Counted from the stretch's first letter, positions 45,992-56,687 are shown. The stretch: DNA of 64,000 bases from an uncultured Clostridia bacterium (GCA_949482135.1 CASYFC010000005.1:26469-90468), one strand, 5' to 3'. The notes: a model not told the origin generated them from the letters alone. Numbers and translations: made by a program.

Positions 45992-48169
45992 ATGAATAAT
46001 AATATTGAGGATATTTATATTGGTGCAAATTATAATTCAAATAATAAAAAAAATAGAAATACGGTCTTATTTTTTATTATATTTCTATTATTTGTTTTAA
46101 TTGCTACCATATTCGCTTACATGCATTTTTCTAATACTAAAACTGTAAGTATAAAACAATTATTTTTTAATCATTTGTCAAATAATAATGTACAAGAACT
46201 TCTTTCTGAAAATTCATATGAAGATTTATTTGATAAAATTCTAAATAATAATTATGAGGCCAATAGTACAATAGATTATTCTACAAATCTGGAACATGAA
46301 AAATTAGAAGGAATAGATATTAGTAAATTTACTTTTCATTTAAATTCTCAAAGTTATAATAATAAAACTTATAGAGAGTTAGGAATTAACTATTCTGGAA
46401 ATGAAGAATTAAAAGTAAAATTACTTACAAATGAAGATGCAATAGGAATTGCAGAAGATGAAGTTGTTAATAAATATGTAGGAATTCATTATGATAATTT
46501 AAAAGATTTTTATGGAATTGATCTAAATCAAGAAAAAATTAAAGATATATTTTCAACAGAAAAAAATAATTTAACAGATGAGGATAAAAAGCAATTGGTA
46601 TCTAGTAATATTACTAAAATAATGGAAATGATACCAGAAGAAAAATTTACAATTCAAGATAATATAGCTATAAATAAAGGTGATAGTAATATACCAGTAA
46701 CAGCTTATACATTAACATTATCTCAAATTGAATTAAATAATGTATTAGTTGAAGTTTTAAAAAATGTAAGAAATAGTGAAGAAATATTAAACAAGTTAGT
46801 TTATAAATCAAATGAAAAACCAACTATTAATGTTATGCCAGGAAATGTTGTAATTACACCAATGTTAGAAGAAGCTACAGAAGAGGAGCAGGAACACTCA
46901 GAAGAACAGCAACAACCAGAATTTGAAGCAGAATCAATACCAAATTTTGAACCAATTTCTGGTGAAGTAACTGAATTTAATGAACCTCAAGTTATTGAAG
47001 GAGAAAATGAAGAGGAATATAATCCAGAATTAGAAAATCAAGAAATAACTCAACCTGAAGAAAGTAATTATACTCCTGAATTAGAATTAACACAAACACC
47101 AAATTTAGATGTTGTTGGAGAAGAAAACAATATTAATTTTGGAGTATTTAATCAATTAGATGAATATACTAATATAATAAAATTATTATTTGGATTAAAA
47201 GTAAATAAAACTCAAATAGAATTAGAAGAAATGTTAGATTCTATTATTGAGGAAATGGATGGAATGACTGGAAATGGTTTAACAATGACTTTATATGCTT
47301 CAAAAGAAAAAACAGAAAAGGTAAGCATTATACTACCAAATGAGAATACTGTAGAAATTGAAGTATTAAAAAAATCAGATTCAGAAAATAGAATAAAATT
47401 AACTTATTTATATAAAGGAAATAATTCAATATTTTCAAAACAAAATGAAGAAAATAATGTTGAATTTTTAGATAATGATGAAATAATATCAGTAGAAGAA
47501 GAGGTGCTAGAAGAGCAAACAAATGGTATTTCATTTGATATTAGTAAAATAAAAACAGCCACAAATACATCGATAGATACAACATTTAGTTATATAGAAA
47601 ATGAAAAAATAACAAAGAAAATAAATATAAAGGCAGATATTAATGATGTTTCAACAGCAAAATCTATTAATAATAGTCTAATAATTACAGTATCTACAAA
47701 AGAAAATGAAAGTAAACTTGTTGCTGATACAACATTTAAATTTTCAAATTCAGGAGATAGTATTCCAGATTTAACAGATGAAAATTGTTTGTTTTTAGAA
47801 ACATTATCGCCAGAAGATTATGGTGTTACAATACAAGCCATAAAAGAAAAAATTGACTATGTATGGAATCAAAAGAAAGAACATTTTGGATTTATAGATA
47901 CAAATACAAAATCCTCAAAGAAAAGTATTATAGATAAAGCTTCAAGCAGTATTACTCGTGATGAAGCTAGACAAGCTCTTCAAGATAAAATATCTAATAT
48001 GATAAACGAAGCAATTGAAAATGAACAAGAATTTACAATTCAAAATTTAGAAAACTTACAAATAGATGGATATGAAATTTCATCAGTTGTAAATGAAAAT
48101 GGCGCTGTTATAGTAATCGATATATATACATTTAATGTAAATAATGAATTTAATATAATAGATGCTTAA
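45992..48169 (+). CDS. Membrane-anchored hypothetical protein with an acidic E/Q/P linker
   Basis: GAGGGA SD before ATG 45992 (track start 45941 lies inside the promoter). One TM. The central EEATEEEQEHSEEQQQPEFEAE low-complexity segment separates two domains. Confidence 0.55.
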   Translation: MNNNIEDIYIGANYNSNNKKNRNTVLFFIIFLLFVLIATIFAYMHFSNTKTVSIKQLFFNHLSNNNVQELLSENSYEDLFDKILNNNYEANSTIDYSTNLEHEKLEGIDISKFTFHLNSQSYNNKTYRELGINYSGNEELKVKLLTNEDAIGIAEDEVVNKYVGIHYDNLKDFYGIDLNQEKIKDIFSTEKNNLTDEDKKQLVSSNITKIMEMIPEEKFTIQDNIAINKGDSNIPVTAYTLTLSQIELNNVLVEVLKNVRNSEEILNKLVYKSNEKPTINVMPGNVVITPMLEEATEEEQEHSEEQQQPEFEAESIPNFEPISGEVTEFNEPQVIEGENEEEYNPELENQEITQPEESNYTPELELTQTPNLDVVGEENNINFGVFNQLDEYTNIIKLLFGLKVNKTQIELEEMLDSIIEEMDGMTGNGLTMTLYASKEKTEKVSIILPNENTVEIEVLKKSDSENRIKLTYLYKGNNSIFSKQNEENNVEFLDNDEIISVEEEVLEEQTNGISFDISKIKTATNTSIDTTFSYIENEKITKKINIKADINDVSTAKSINNSLIITVSTKENESKLVADTTFKFSNSGDSIPDLTDENCLFLETLSPEDYGVTIQAIKEKIDYVWNQKKEHFGFIDTNTKSSKKSIIDKASSSITRDEARQALQDKISNMINEAIENEQEFTIQNLENLQIDGYEISSVVNENGAVIVIDIYTFNVNNEFNIIDA

Positions 48170-48193
48170 ATTTAGTAGTATTAGGAGAAAAAA

Positions 48194-49189
48194 GTGGAAA
48201 ATAAAAGTCGTAAAATAAAAAAAAGAAAAGTTAATATGAAAAGATTATCATTAATATTTGTTATATTACTTGTAATTATTGCTGTTTTTATAGGAATTTT
48301 AAATTTATTAATAAAAGCTTTTTCACCGGAAAAAGTTTTTGGAAATTATTCAAATAATAATGCAGGACTTGCAGTCTCTTCAGGTGGAACTGTATACTAT
48401 AATAAATATGAAGAAGGAATTTTTAAAGCAAAAAATAAGAATGAAACTAGATTAACAAATGAAACAGCTTATTCTATTACTTTAGTAAAAAATACTTTAT
48501 ACTATTTAACTATTTCAGATAGTAATACAATAGATTTAAAATGTATTAATACAAATGGTGAAGATATGAAAACAATAACAACATTATCAACACCTATAAG
48601 TAAGTTTTATATAGAAGATAATAATGTGTTTTATGTTTCAAATAGACAAAGAATGAAAATAGCTAAAATATCTTTAGAGAACTTAGAAGAAACAACAATT
48701 ATTGAAACTGGAATTCAAGATTTTGTTGTATCAAATGGAAAAATATATTATACAAATAATGAAGGGCATTTATATTCTATAGATATCAATGGTGAAAATG
48801 CAAAAGAAATAGCAAGTGAATATAATATTAAAAATATACAAATTATGAAAAATTGGATATATTTTTATGATAGTGCAGAAAAAGCTCTATGTAGAATAAA
48901 AAACAATGGAAAATCAAAGCAAACAGTTTCAACATTTGTAACTAATGAAATTTATAATGTTACAAGTAAGAAAATTTATTATTTTGATAGTGTAAATAAA
49001 CAAATTTGTAGATGTGATTTAAAAGGAAAAAAATCTGTTGCACTTGTAAAAATACAAGCAGAAAGAACTAAAATAAATATAGCAAATGGAATCTTATATT
49101 ATCTAGATAAAAGTCAAAATGAAAATCAAATGTATCAAATGTTTAGAGTAAAAACAAATGGTGGTGCAACAAATTCAATTGATTATTAA
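48194..49189 (+). CDS. DUF5050-like beta-propeller protein with an N-terminal anchor
   Basis: Repeated (I/L)YY.....L(Y/C)R...(D/N)G pattern (KIYYTNNEGHLYSIDINGEN, WIYFYDSAEKALCRIKNNGK, KIYYFDSVNKQICRCDLKGK). Confidence 0.6.
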   Translation: MENKSRKIKKRKVNMKRLSLIFVILLVIIAVFIGILNLLIKAFSPEKVFGNYSNNNAGLAVSSGGTVYYNKYEEGIFKAKNKNETRLTNETAYSITLVKNTLYYLTISDSNTIDLKCINTNGEDMKTITTLSTPISKFYIEDNNVFYVSNRQRMKIAKISLENLEETTIIETGIQDFVVSNGKIYYTNNEGHLYSIDINGENAKEIASEYNIKNIQIMKNWIYFYDSAEKALCRIKNNGKSKQTVSTFVTNEIYNVTSKKIYYFDSVNKQICRCDLKGKKSVALVKIQAERTKINIANGILYYLDKSQNENQMYQMFRVKTNGGATNSIDY

Positions 49190-49197
49190 AAAAGATA

Positions 49198-49226
49198 TTG
49201 ACATATGTTAGGGTTATATATATAAA
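49198..49226 (+). promoter_or_regulatory. Sigma-A-type promoter
   Basis: TTGACA, 17 nt, TATAAA. Confidence 0.45.
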
Positions 49227-49286
49227 TAAGATATAATCTATAAAGAAGGCTATAATTTTGAAAAAAGAATTATAGGAGGATTTACA

Positions 49287-49436
49287 ATGAAATTAGGAAC
49301 TATTGCATACAAAAATAAAATTTATAATTTAGACTATATGAAGATTGATGAATTGAAAAATTTATTAAAACTGATTGAAGTTGAAAAAAAAGAAAGCTTT
49401 AAAAGCGCAAAAGAAATGCTAAAGAACAATCAATAA
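49287..49436 (+). CDS. Small (49 aa) hypothetical protein
   Basis: AGGAGGA SD 7 nt upstream of the ATG. Not in the track because it is short. Confidence 0.4.
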   Translation: MKLGTIAYKNKIYNLDYMKIDELKNLLKLIEVEKKESFKSAKEMLKNNQ

Positions 49437-49453
49437 AGGAGTGTACAATTGCC

Positions 49454-50338
49454 TTGGAAAATGTAAGTGAAGTTGAAATTTGTGAATCTTTAAAAAAATT
49501 ATATGATGAATCAGAAAATAGAGTAAAGTCAGATGCCTTTGTGTGTAGAGCTTATGTAAATAAAGTGTCTATAGATACAATTAATGATAAAGTGAATGCA
49601 CAAATGAATGCTGTAAAAATAGGAATATACGAGATAAATCATAATTTTAAAGAAACATCAAAAAATTATGAACAAGTAAGAGAACTTGTTTCAGAAACTT
49701 TAACTAATTATAAAGATACTTTAATAGAATTAAGTAATTTTTATGATGGAAAAATAGAACAATTAATTTTAAGAAAAGTTGAATTAGAAGCAAGTCTTGT
49801 TGGTTCTCTTTTAAATGATGAATATTTATATAGAAAGATTAATAGAAGAATTAATCAAAAGGAAAATGATAAAGTTACAAAATCAGTTAAAGATAATGTA
49901 AAAATATTTTTAGATAAAATAAAATCTAAGAAAGATGAGAAAGCTCCTGTGGATCCAAATGTAATTTATAAAGCTATGGATGCTCAAGATGTTATATACG
50001 AAGTTGATGAAAAAAATTCTACAAGTTTGACTTCAGCTGAAAACAATAAAAAAGAGAACTTAGAATCTATGGCAAAAATTGAAAAAGAAATTACATTAAT
50101 AAATTCAGAAATTGAAAGATTAAATGAACAAAAAAGAAAAGCTATATATGAAGCAATGGAAGTTGGAGATAAATCAATTGCAAAAAATATTAGAAGACCT
50201 AAGGTATTTAAGAAAATTACAAGATTTTTTATTAGTAGATTTAATACAGCTAAAATTGTTGAAACAACAATTTTAGATCCTTTAAGACTTAGGATTGAAA
50301 CCTTTAGAAATAATGAATTAGCAAATATGAAGGGATAA
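49454..50338 (+). CDS. Coiled-coil hypothetical protein
   Basis: TTG start after AAGGAGTG. K/E-rich helical composition. Confidence 0.5.
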   Translation: MENVSEVEICESLKKLYDESENRVKSDAFVCRAYVNKVSIDTINDKVNAQMNAVKIGIYEINHNFKETSKNYEQVRELVSETLTNYKDTLIELSNFYDGKIEQLILRKVELEASLVGSLLNDEYLYRKINRRINQKENDKVTKSVKDNVKIFLDKIKSKKDEKAPVDPNVIYKAMDAQDVIYEVDEKNSTSLTSAENNKKENLESMAKIEKEITLINSEIERLNEQKRKAIYEAMEVGDKSIAKNIRRPKVFKKITRFFISRFNTAKIVETTILDPLRLRIETFRNNELANMKG

Positions 50339-50342
50339 TTTT

Positions 50343-50534
50343 ATGGAAAATTTAAGTTTTGCAGATAAAGTAAATAATGCATTTGAAGATGGTTGGAAAT
50401 CAAATCCTCAATTTAGTAAAGCATTAAAAGAAGTAGAACAAGTTGTAGAAGAAAATAGACGTATTCAAGAAGCTGAGCAAGTAGTAACTGTAGAAAAAGT
50501 TGCGTCAACTAGAGAAGATGATGAAGGAAGATAA
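50343..50534 (+). CDS. Small (63 aa) acidic hypothetical protein
   Basis: AAGGGA SD. Starts 4 nt after the upstream stop. Confidence 0.4.
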   Translation: MENLSFADKVNNAFEDGWKSNPQFSKALKEVEQVVEENRRIQEAEQVVTVEKVASTREDDEGR

Positions 50535-50540
50535 AAATAC

Positions 50541-50569
50541 TTGAAATTTATTTTTAATTGTGTTATAGT
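50541..50569 (+). promoter_or_regulatory. Sigma-A-type promoter of the pheST leader
   Basis: TTGAAA, 17 nt, TGtTATAGT (extended -10). Confidence 0.6.
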
Positions 50570-50575
50570 ATTAAC

Positions 50576-50827
50576 ATAATATTTAAAACCGCTAAGAAAA
50601 AGCAAAGTAAGTAAATTGGAAAATATATTAAAGAGAAAACAAATGGTACGCTGAGAGTTTGTTTATATATAATTTGCTGAAATTTCACTTTTGAGGTTCT
50701 TATGGTGAAAATAAGTAGCTGTAAGCGTTTGTTACGTTATAACTAAAATGAGGTTAATAATTTTTATTAATAAAATTAGGTGGTAACACGGTAGAGCGTC
50801 CTATATATAGGATGCTTATTTTTTTTA
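50576..50827 (+). promoter_or_regulatory. T-box riboswitch leader (Phe specifier) with terminator/antiterminator
   Basis: AGAGA/GGTACGCTGAGAG stem I elements, UUC specifier at 50684..50686 followed by A, T-box sequence AAATTAGGTGGTAACACGG at 50772..50791, terminator AGCGTCCT/AGGATGCT plus a T-run. Confidence 0.85.
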
Positions 50828-50850
50828 ATAATTAAAATAGGAGGATAAAA

Positions 50851-51900
50851 ATGAAAGAGAAAATCGAAGAGATTCGTAAAGTTGCTAAGGAAAAAATTGA
50901 AGATATTCAAAACTTGCAAGAACTACAAGAATTAAAAGTAAAACTATTAGGTAAAAAAAGTGAATTATCTAATCTTTTAAAAGGATTAGGAACTTTATCA
51001 CAAGAAGAAAGACCTAAAGTTGGTAGTTTAGTAAATGAAGCAAGAACCGAAATTGAACAAAAAATTCAAGGTGCAGAGCAAATTTTAAAAGAAAAAGCAA
51101 TGGCTCAAAAGTTAGAAAAAGAAAAAATAGATATAACAGCACCAAGTACAAAAATTACAAGAGGCAGCAAACATCCAATAAACAGAGTTATTGAAGAAAT
51201 ACAAGATATATTTGTTTCAATGGGATATGATGTAGTAGAAGGCCCAGAACTTGAAACAGATGAATTTTGTTTTGAAAGGTTAAATCTTCCACAAGGTCAT
51301 CCAGCAAGAGATATGCAAGATAGTTTTTATATAACAGAAGAATATTTGTTAAGAACTCAAACATCAGCTGTTCAAGCAAGAACTATGATTGAAAACGAAG
51401 AAAAATCACCAATTAGAATGATTTGTACAGGAAAAACATATAGAAGAGAAGATGATGCAACACACTCTCATCAATTCAATCAAGTTGAAGGTTTAGTTAT
51501 AGACTACAAAGAGAAAAATACATCACTTGCAGATTTAAAAGGAACTTTGGAAGTATTTATGAGAAAAATGTTAGGACCAAATACACAATTAAGATTTAGA
51601 CCAAGTTATTTCCCATTTACAGAACCATCTTATGAAGTAGATGTTACATGTTTTAAATGTGGCGGAAAGGGTTGCCCACTTTGTAAGAAAACAGGTTGGA
51701 TAGAACTTTTAGGTTCAGGAGTGGTTCATCCAAGAGTTTTAGAAATGAATGGATATGATTCAGAAAAATATTCAGGATTTGCATTTGGAACAGGAATAGA
51801 TAGACTTGCAATGTTTAAATATGGAATTACTGATATGAGATATTTATATACAAACGATGTCAGATTTTTAAGTCAATTTGATAGAAAGGATGAAAATTAA
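50851..51900 (+). CDS. pheS: Phenylalanine--tRNA ligase alpha subunit
   Basis: [22 protein letters not shown], class II motifs ([25 protein letters not shown]). Confidence 0.97.
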   Translation: MKEKIEEIRKVAKEKIEDIQNLQELQELKVKLLGKKSELSNLLKGLGTLSQEERPKVGSLVNEARTEIEQKIQGAEQILKEKAMAQKLEKEKIDITAPSTKITRGSKHPINRVIEEIQDIFVSMGYDVVEGPELETDEFCFERLNLPQGHPARDMQDSFYITEEYLLRTQTSAVQARTMIENEEKSPIRMICTGKTYRREDDATHSHQFNQVEGLVIDYKEKNTSLADLKGTLEVFMRKMLGPNTQLRFRPSYFPFTEPSYEVDVTCFKCGGKGCPLCKKTGWIELLGSGVVHPRVLEMNGYDSEKYSGFAFGTGIDRLAMFKYGITDMRYLYTNDVRFLSQFDRKDEN

Positions 51901-51901
51901 A

Positions 51902-54274
51902 ATGATATTAAGTAAAAATTTCTTAAAAGACTATGTAGATATAGATGAAAATATAGATATAAAAACTTTAGCAGAAGATATGACTAGAGTTGGTAATGAA
52001 TATGATTCAGCAGAAAAATTAGTTCCAGCTACAAAACTTGTTATTGGTAATATTTTAGAATGTACAGACCATCCAGATTCAGATCATTTACATTGTCTAA
52101 AAGTTGATATTGGAACAGAAGTTGCAAAAATTGTATGTGGTGCTCCAAATGTAAGAGCTGGAATTAAAGTTATAGTTGCTCTTCCTGGTGCTGAGCTTCC
52201 AGGAGATGTAACTATTAAAGCTGGTGTTATTAGAGGTGAAGAATCAAATGGAATGGTTTGTGCTTTATATGAAATAGGAATTGATAAAAAATTCTTATCA
52301 GAAGAAGATAAAAATGGAATTCATATATTGCCAGATGATAGTCCTGTTGGAAAAAATCCAATAGAATATTTAAAATTAGATGATGAAATTGTAGATTTTG
52401 AACTTACAGCTAATAGAGGAGATTTATTAAGTATTTTAGGTATGGCTTATGAAGTTGCTGCAATTTATGATAAACCAGTAAAAGAAATAGATTTATCTCA
52501 TAATGAATTAGGTGAAGATCTAAATGAATCATTTAATGTAAAAGTAAATACAGAAAATTGTAGTTTATTTTTAGCTAGAAAAGCTTTAAATGTAACAATT
52601 AAAGAAAGCCCAGATTTTATTAAAAATAGATTAATAGCATCTGGAATAAGGCCTATTAATAATGTTGTAGATATTAGTAACTATGTAATGCTTGAATGTG
52701 GTCAACCACTACATTTTTATGATGCTGATAGATTAGGAAATGTTATTGAAACAAGAATGGCAACTAAAGGTGAAAAATTAACAACTTTAGATGAAATAGA
52801 AAGAGACTTGGAAGAAACAGATATTGTAATTTCAGATGGAACAAGAGCTATAGGTTTAGCTGGAGTTATGGGGGGATTAGATACAGAAATAGAAGAATCA
52901 ACAAAAAATGTTTTAATTGAAGCAGCTATATTTGATTCAGTTAAAGTTAGAAAAACATCTAAAAAAATAGTTAGAAGTGAAGCAAGTAATCGTTTTGAAA
53001 AAGGTTTAGATCCAAATAGAACTTATATGGCAATGGAAAGAGCTGTAAAACTATTAGAAGAATATGCAGGTGCTACAATTCAAACTGGTACTGTAGTATA
53101 TGATAAAATAGATAAGTCAGAAAAGAAAATTAATATAACAGCAAAAGATATAAATAGTTTACTTGGAACTAATTTAACAGATTCTGATGCAATTGATGTT
53201 TTCAGAAGATTAAATTTTGTATCTTCATTAAATGGTGATGTTATAACAGTATCTGTGCCAACAAGAAGAATGGATATTTCAATTAAAGAAGATTTAATTG
53301 AAGAGGTTGGAAGAATTTATGGTGTTGATAATATAGAAGGAAAATTACCGGTATCACCAATCAAACTTGGTTATGTTGATAAAACAGATAGAGAAATTAG
53401 AAATAAAATGGTTTCTTTAGGTTTAAATGAAACATTATCTTATATATTAATAAATGATAAAAATGTACATCAATACACAAACGATAAGTTTGAAGAATTA
53501 AGATTATCAGATCCAATGACAGAAGAAAGAAATACTTTAAGATATAGCTTAATTCCCTCATTATATAAAATTTATGAATATAATAAAGCTCGTTATATTA
53601 AAGATGTATGTTTATTTGAAATAGGAAAAGGATTCTGGAAAAAAGAAGAACAATATGGTGAAGATAAAAAACTATGTGCATTAATGACTGGAGAATATTA
53701 TTTAGGAATAGATAATAAGAAAAATGTTGACTTTTATATAATTAAGGGTGTTGCAGAAGAAGTGCTAGATTATTTAGGATACGGAAATAGATATAGTTTT
53801 GTATTACCAAAAGAAACTTTGAAAGAATTCCATCCAGGTCAAGTTGCTGAAATAAATGTAAATGGTGAAGTTATAGGTGTTATGGGAAGAATTCATCCAG
53901 AAATATCAAAAGAACCAGTATTTGTTTTAGAAATCAATTTGGATAAATTATTAGCTAAAAAAGTTGGAAAAATGAAATTTAAAGATATTTCAATTTATCC
54001 AACAGTAAATAAAGATATAGCAGTAATACTTGATAAAGATATTACTTCAGACGAAATATCTAAAGTAATAAAGAAATCAGCAGGAAGCTTACTTGTAAGT
54101 TCAAAGTTATTTGATGTTTATACTAATTCGATTTTAGGAAATAAGAAAAGCATGGCTTATTCATTAACATTTGGTTCAAACAGTAAAACATTAACAGATG
54201 AAGAAATAAATCCAATAATTGAAAAAGTAATTGAAGCTTTAGAGAAAAACTTTAAAGCTGAATTAAGAAAATAA
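51902..54274 (+). CDS. pheT: Phenylalanine--tRNA ligase beta subunit
   Basis: MILSKNFLKDYV start (the track start 51878 overlaps pheS). tRNA-binding, B3/4, B5 and FDX-ACB domain order, ~790 aa. Confidence 0.97.
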   Translation: MILSKNFLKDYVDIDENIDIKTLAEDMTRVGNEYDSAEKLVPATKLVIGNILECTDHPDSDHLHCLKVDIGTEVAKIVCGAPNVRAGIKVIVALPGAELPGDVTIKAGVIRGEESNGMVCALYEIGIDKKFLSEEDKNGIHILPDDSPVGKNPIEYLKLDDEIVDFELTANRGDLLSILGMAYEVAAIYDKPVKEIDLSHNELGEDLNESFNVKVNTENCSLFLARKALNVTIKESPDFIKNRLIASGIRPINNVVDISNYVMLECGQPLHFYDADRLGNVIETRMATKGEKLTTLDEIERDLEETDIVISDGTRAIGLAGVMGGLDTEIEESTKNVLIEAAIFDSVKVRKTSKKIVRSEASNRFEKGLDPNRTYMAMERAVKLLEEYAGATIQTGTVVYDKIDKSEKKINITAKDINSLLGTNLTDSDAIDVFRRLNFVSSLNGDVITVSVPTRRMDISIKEDLIEEVGRIYGVDNIEGKLPVSPIKLGYVDKTDREIRNKMVSLGLNETLSYILINDKNVHQYTNDKFEELRLSDPMTEERNTLRYSLIPSLYKIYEYNKARYIKDVCLFEIGKGFWKKEEQYGEDKKLCALMTGEYYLGIDNKKNVDFYIIKGVAEEVLDYLGYGNRYSFVLPKETLKEFHPGQVAEINVNGEVIGVMGRIHPEISKEPVFVLEINLDKLLAKKVGKMKFKDISIYPTVNKDIAVILDKDITSDEISKVIKKSAGSLLVSSKLFDVYTNSILGNKKSMAYSLTFGSNSKTLTDEEINPIIEKVIEALEKNFKAELRK

Positions 54275-54276
54275 AT

Positions 54277-54322
54277 AAAAAGTGAAATTTAAAGATTTTC
54301 TTTAAATTTCACTTTTATTTTT
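54277..54322 (+). terminator. Intrinsic terminator after pheT
   Basis: 17-bp stem AAAAGTGAAATTTAAAG/CTTTAAATTTCACTTTT plus a T-run. Confidence 0.8.
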
Positions 54323-54332
54323 TATCTTAGTG

Positions 54333-54361
54333 TTGACCCTCAAAAAATAAAAAGGTATAAT
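54333..54361 (+). promoter_or_regulatory. Sigma-A-type promoter of the muramidase gene
   Basis: TTGACC, 17 nt, TATAAT. Confidence 0.65.
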
Positions 54362-54384
54362 TCTTAATAAGAGGTGGATAGGCA

Positions 54385-55962
54385 ATGAAAAATTTTTTTA
54401 GAAGACTTTCTACAAGAGGTAAAGTTACAATAATTGCAATTATAACTATAATTCTTGTCACAACGATTGGAATTATTGCAAATAGTAATTTAGAAAGCAA
54501 AGAAACTAAGGTTGTTAGTGCTAATAGCAAAAAATTAGCATTAGAAGAGGAAATAGTCCCTACAGTTAAGGAAGAAGTTATCCATGTTTCACAGGATAAT
54601 TCAATAGATGAAAATTCAAAAGAAGATGAAGATAAAGAACTTGAAATTGGAGGTAAAAAAGTTGCTGTTCCAAAATCTAAAGTTGCACCAGTAAATTCTG
54701 CTGAGGATCCTGAAAATAATAAGAAAAAAGGTGGAGATGAAGTTAACCAAAGTCAAGTAAATTCAATGTTTGAAAATGTTGGAACAAAGTCTTTTGGTAT
54801 AGATGTATCTGCACATCAAGGAAGAATAAATTGGGCTACTGTTAGAGCAGCTGGTGTTGATTTTGCAATGATTCGTTGTGGATTTAGAGGATATGGAACA
54901 GGAGCTATTTGTGAAGATGCTTATTTTAAAACAAATGTTGCAGGAGCAACAGCTAATGGAATAAAAGTAGGTATTTATTTTTATTCAGCTGCAATAAATG
55001 AAAATGAAGCAGTAGAAGAAGCTGTATGGGTTATAAGTAAAATAAAAACATATAGAATCACATATCCAGTTGTATATGATTTTGAAGATTATCAAAGACA
55101 TAGATGTGCAAACGTAGATGGTGCACAAGCAACTAGAAATGCTCACACATTCTTAAACCTTGTAAGACAAGCAGGATATGATCCTATGATGTATGCAAAT
55201 AAAAGTGATTTAACATCAAGAATATCAAGATCAGCATTTTCAGGATATAAAATGTGGCTTGCACATTATACAAGTCAGACAGATTATAGTGGAAGTTATA
55301 ATATGTGGCAATATACAAGTAAAGGTAGTGTAAGTGGTATTAATGGATATGTAGATATGAATATTGCATATTTCAGTTATGGAACTACAGCAGCACCAAA
55401 ACATACTCATAATTTTAATGAGGTTGTAAAAAATAGTGAAAAACCAGCAACATGTACACAAGAGGGAAGTAAAACATTAAGATGTTCTTGTGGAGATACT
55501 GAAGTTCAAAAAATTCCTAAATTAGGACATAAATATGGAAAATGGGAAATAACTAAACCAGCAACTATAGAGGAAGAAGGCTTAAAAACTAAAAAATGCT
55601 CAAATTGTGGAGATACACAGGTTGAACCAATTGCTAAATTAAAACCAAACACAAATACAAATTCAAATAATACATCAAATAATAATACAGTAAAAAATGA
55701 AACAAATACAAATACAGTAACACATACACATTCATTTACAGAAGAGGTTGTATCCAAGAGAGTTGAATCAACTTGCAAAGATGAAGGAAGCAAAACAATG
55801 AAATGTACTTGTGGAGAAACTCAAATAGTAAAAATTCCAGTTACAGATAAGCATAATTTTGAAAACGGAAAGTGCACTATTTGTGGAAAAGCAGATCCAG
55901 ATTATAAGGAACCTGAAGATCCAGTTGAAAATAAAACAGAATTAAGTGATGTAAATCAATAA
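54385..55962 (+). CDS. GH25 muramidase (lysozyme) with C-terminal Cys-rich repeats
   Basis: Signal anchor. FGIDVSAHQGRINWATVRAAGVDFAMIRCG and KVGIYFYS are GH25 hallmarks. Three C-terminal C..EG.K...C.CG(D/E)TQ modules. Confidence 0.85.
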   Translation: MKNFFRRLSTRGKVTIIAIITIILVTTIGIIANSNLESKETKVVSANSKKLALEEEIVPTVKEEVIHVSQDNSIDENSKEDEDKELEIGGKKVAVPKSKVAPVNSAEDPENNKKKGGDEVNQSQVNSMFENVGTKSFGIDVSAHQGRINWATVRAAGVDFAMIRCGFRGYGTGAICEDAYFKTNVAGATANGIKVGIYFYSAAINENEAVEEAVWVISKIKTYRITYPVVYDFEDYQRHRCANVDGAQATRNAHTFLNLVRQAGYDPMMYANKSDLTSRISRSAFSGYKMWLAHYTSQTDYSGSYNMWQYTSKGSVSGINGYVDMNIAYFSYGTTAAPKHTHNFNEVVKNSEKPATCTQEGSKTLRCSCGDTEVQKIPKLGHKYGKWEITKPATIEEEGLKTKKCSNCGDTQVEPIAKLKPNTNTNSNNTSNNNTVKNETNTNTVTHTHSFTEEVVSKRVESTCKDEGSKTMKCTCGETQIVKIPVTDKHNFENGKCTICGKADPDYKEPEDPVENKTELSDVNQ

Positions 55963-55974
55963 ATTATAAAATTT

Positions 55975-56012
55975 AAGAGTGATTATCTAGTTTAGATAAT
56001 CACTCTTTTTTG
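55975..56012. terminator. Bidirectional terminator between convergent genes
   Basis: 15-bp stem AAGAGTGATTATCTA/TAGATAATCACTCTT plus a T-run. Confidence 0.8.
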
Positions 56013-56013
56013 A

Positions 56014-56439
56014 TTATAAAAATTTTTTCAATCTATTAATATTATTTTCTTGAAGTCTAATAAATCCATTCAAAATATCTTTAACATTTTGACTTGCTTC
56101 AGGGTTTTGATTAAGAAGTTTAAATCCCTTAATAACGCCCATATCATATCCTTGAATCAAAATTTCAGACAATTTTGAATTAGATGTATCTTTCATTGTG
56201 TTCATCTTAATTCCAGTCCATCCCATAAGCTTTTCGTTAATAGGAGTATCATCAGGAATTTCACCGCTATCTGCAAATGCATTATTAACTTTATTTAAAG
56301 TTGTTTGATAGGTAGTAAATTGAGCAGATAATTCGTCTTTGAAATTAGAGTCGGTTGTTTTTTTTGAAACTTCTTCAAGAGAAGACATTCCCATTGTAAC
56401 TCCTTTATGAACTTCATTTAAAATTGTTAAATCATCCAT
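56014..56439 (-). CDS. Small all-helical hypothetical protein
   Basis: ATG at 56439 behind GGAGG (the track start at 56472 is less likely). ~141 aa, no TM. Confidence 0.5.
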   Translation of the reverse strand: MDDLTILNEVHKGVTMGMSSLEEVSKKTTDSNFKDELSAQFTTYQTTLNKVNNAFADSGEIPDDTPINEKLMGWTGIKMNTMKDTSNSKLSEILIQGYDMGVIKGFKLLNQNPEASQNVKDILNGFIRLQENNINRLKKFL

Positions 56440-56687
56440 AAAAACCTCCATTCTTAAAAATATTATTTGCAAATATTTTCTTACTATACGAATTTTAACT
56501 TAAATTAAAAGATAAAAATGTAACTAAAATGATATATAAAATGAGGCTTAATTATATTTACATATTTACAAAAAAGAGATATATTATTGTATATACATCT
56601 GTATATCAATATGTATATACAAAACAAATAAAAAAAAATTATTCAAAATATTTTATATAAAAATGAAGTTTAAACAATGGAGAAAAA

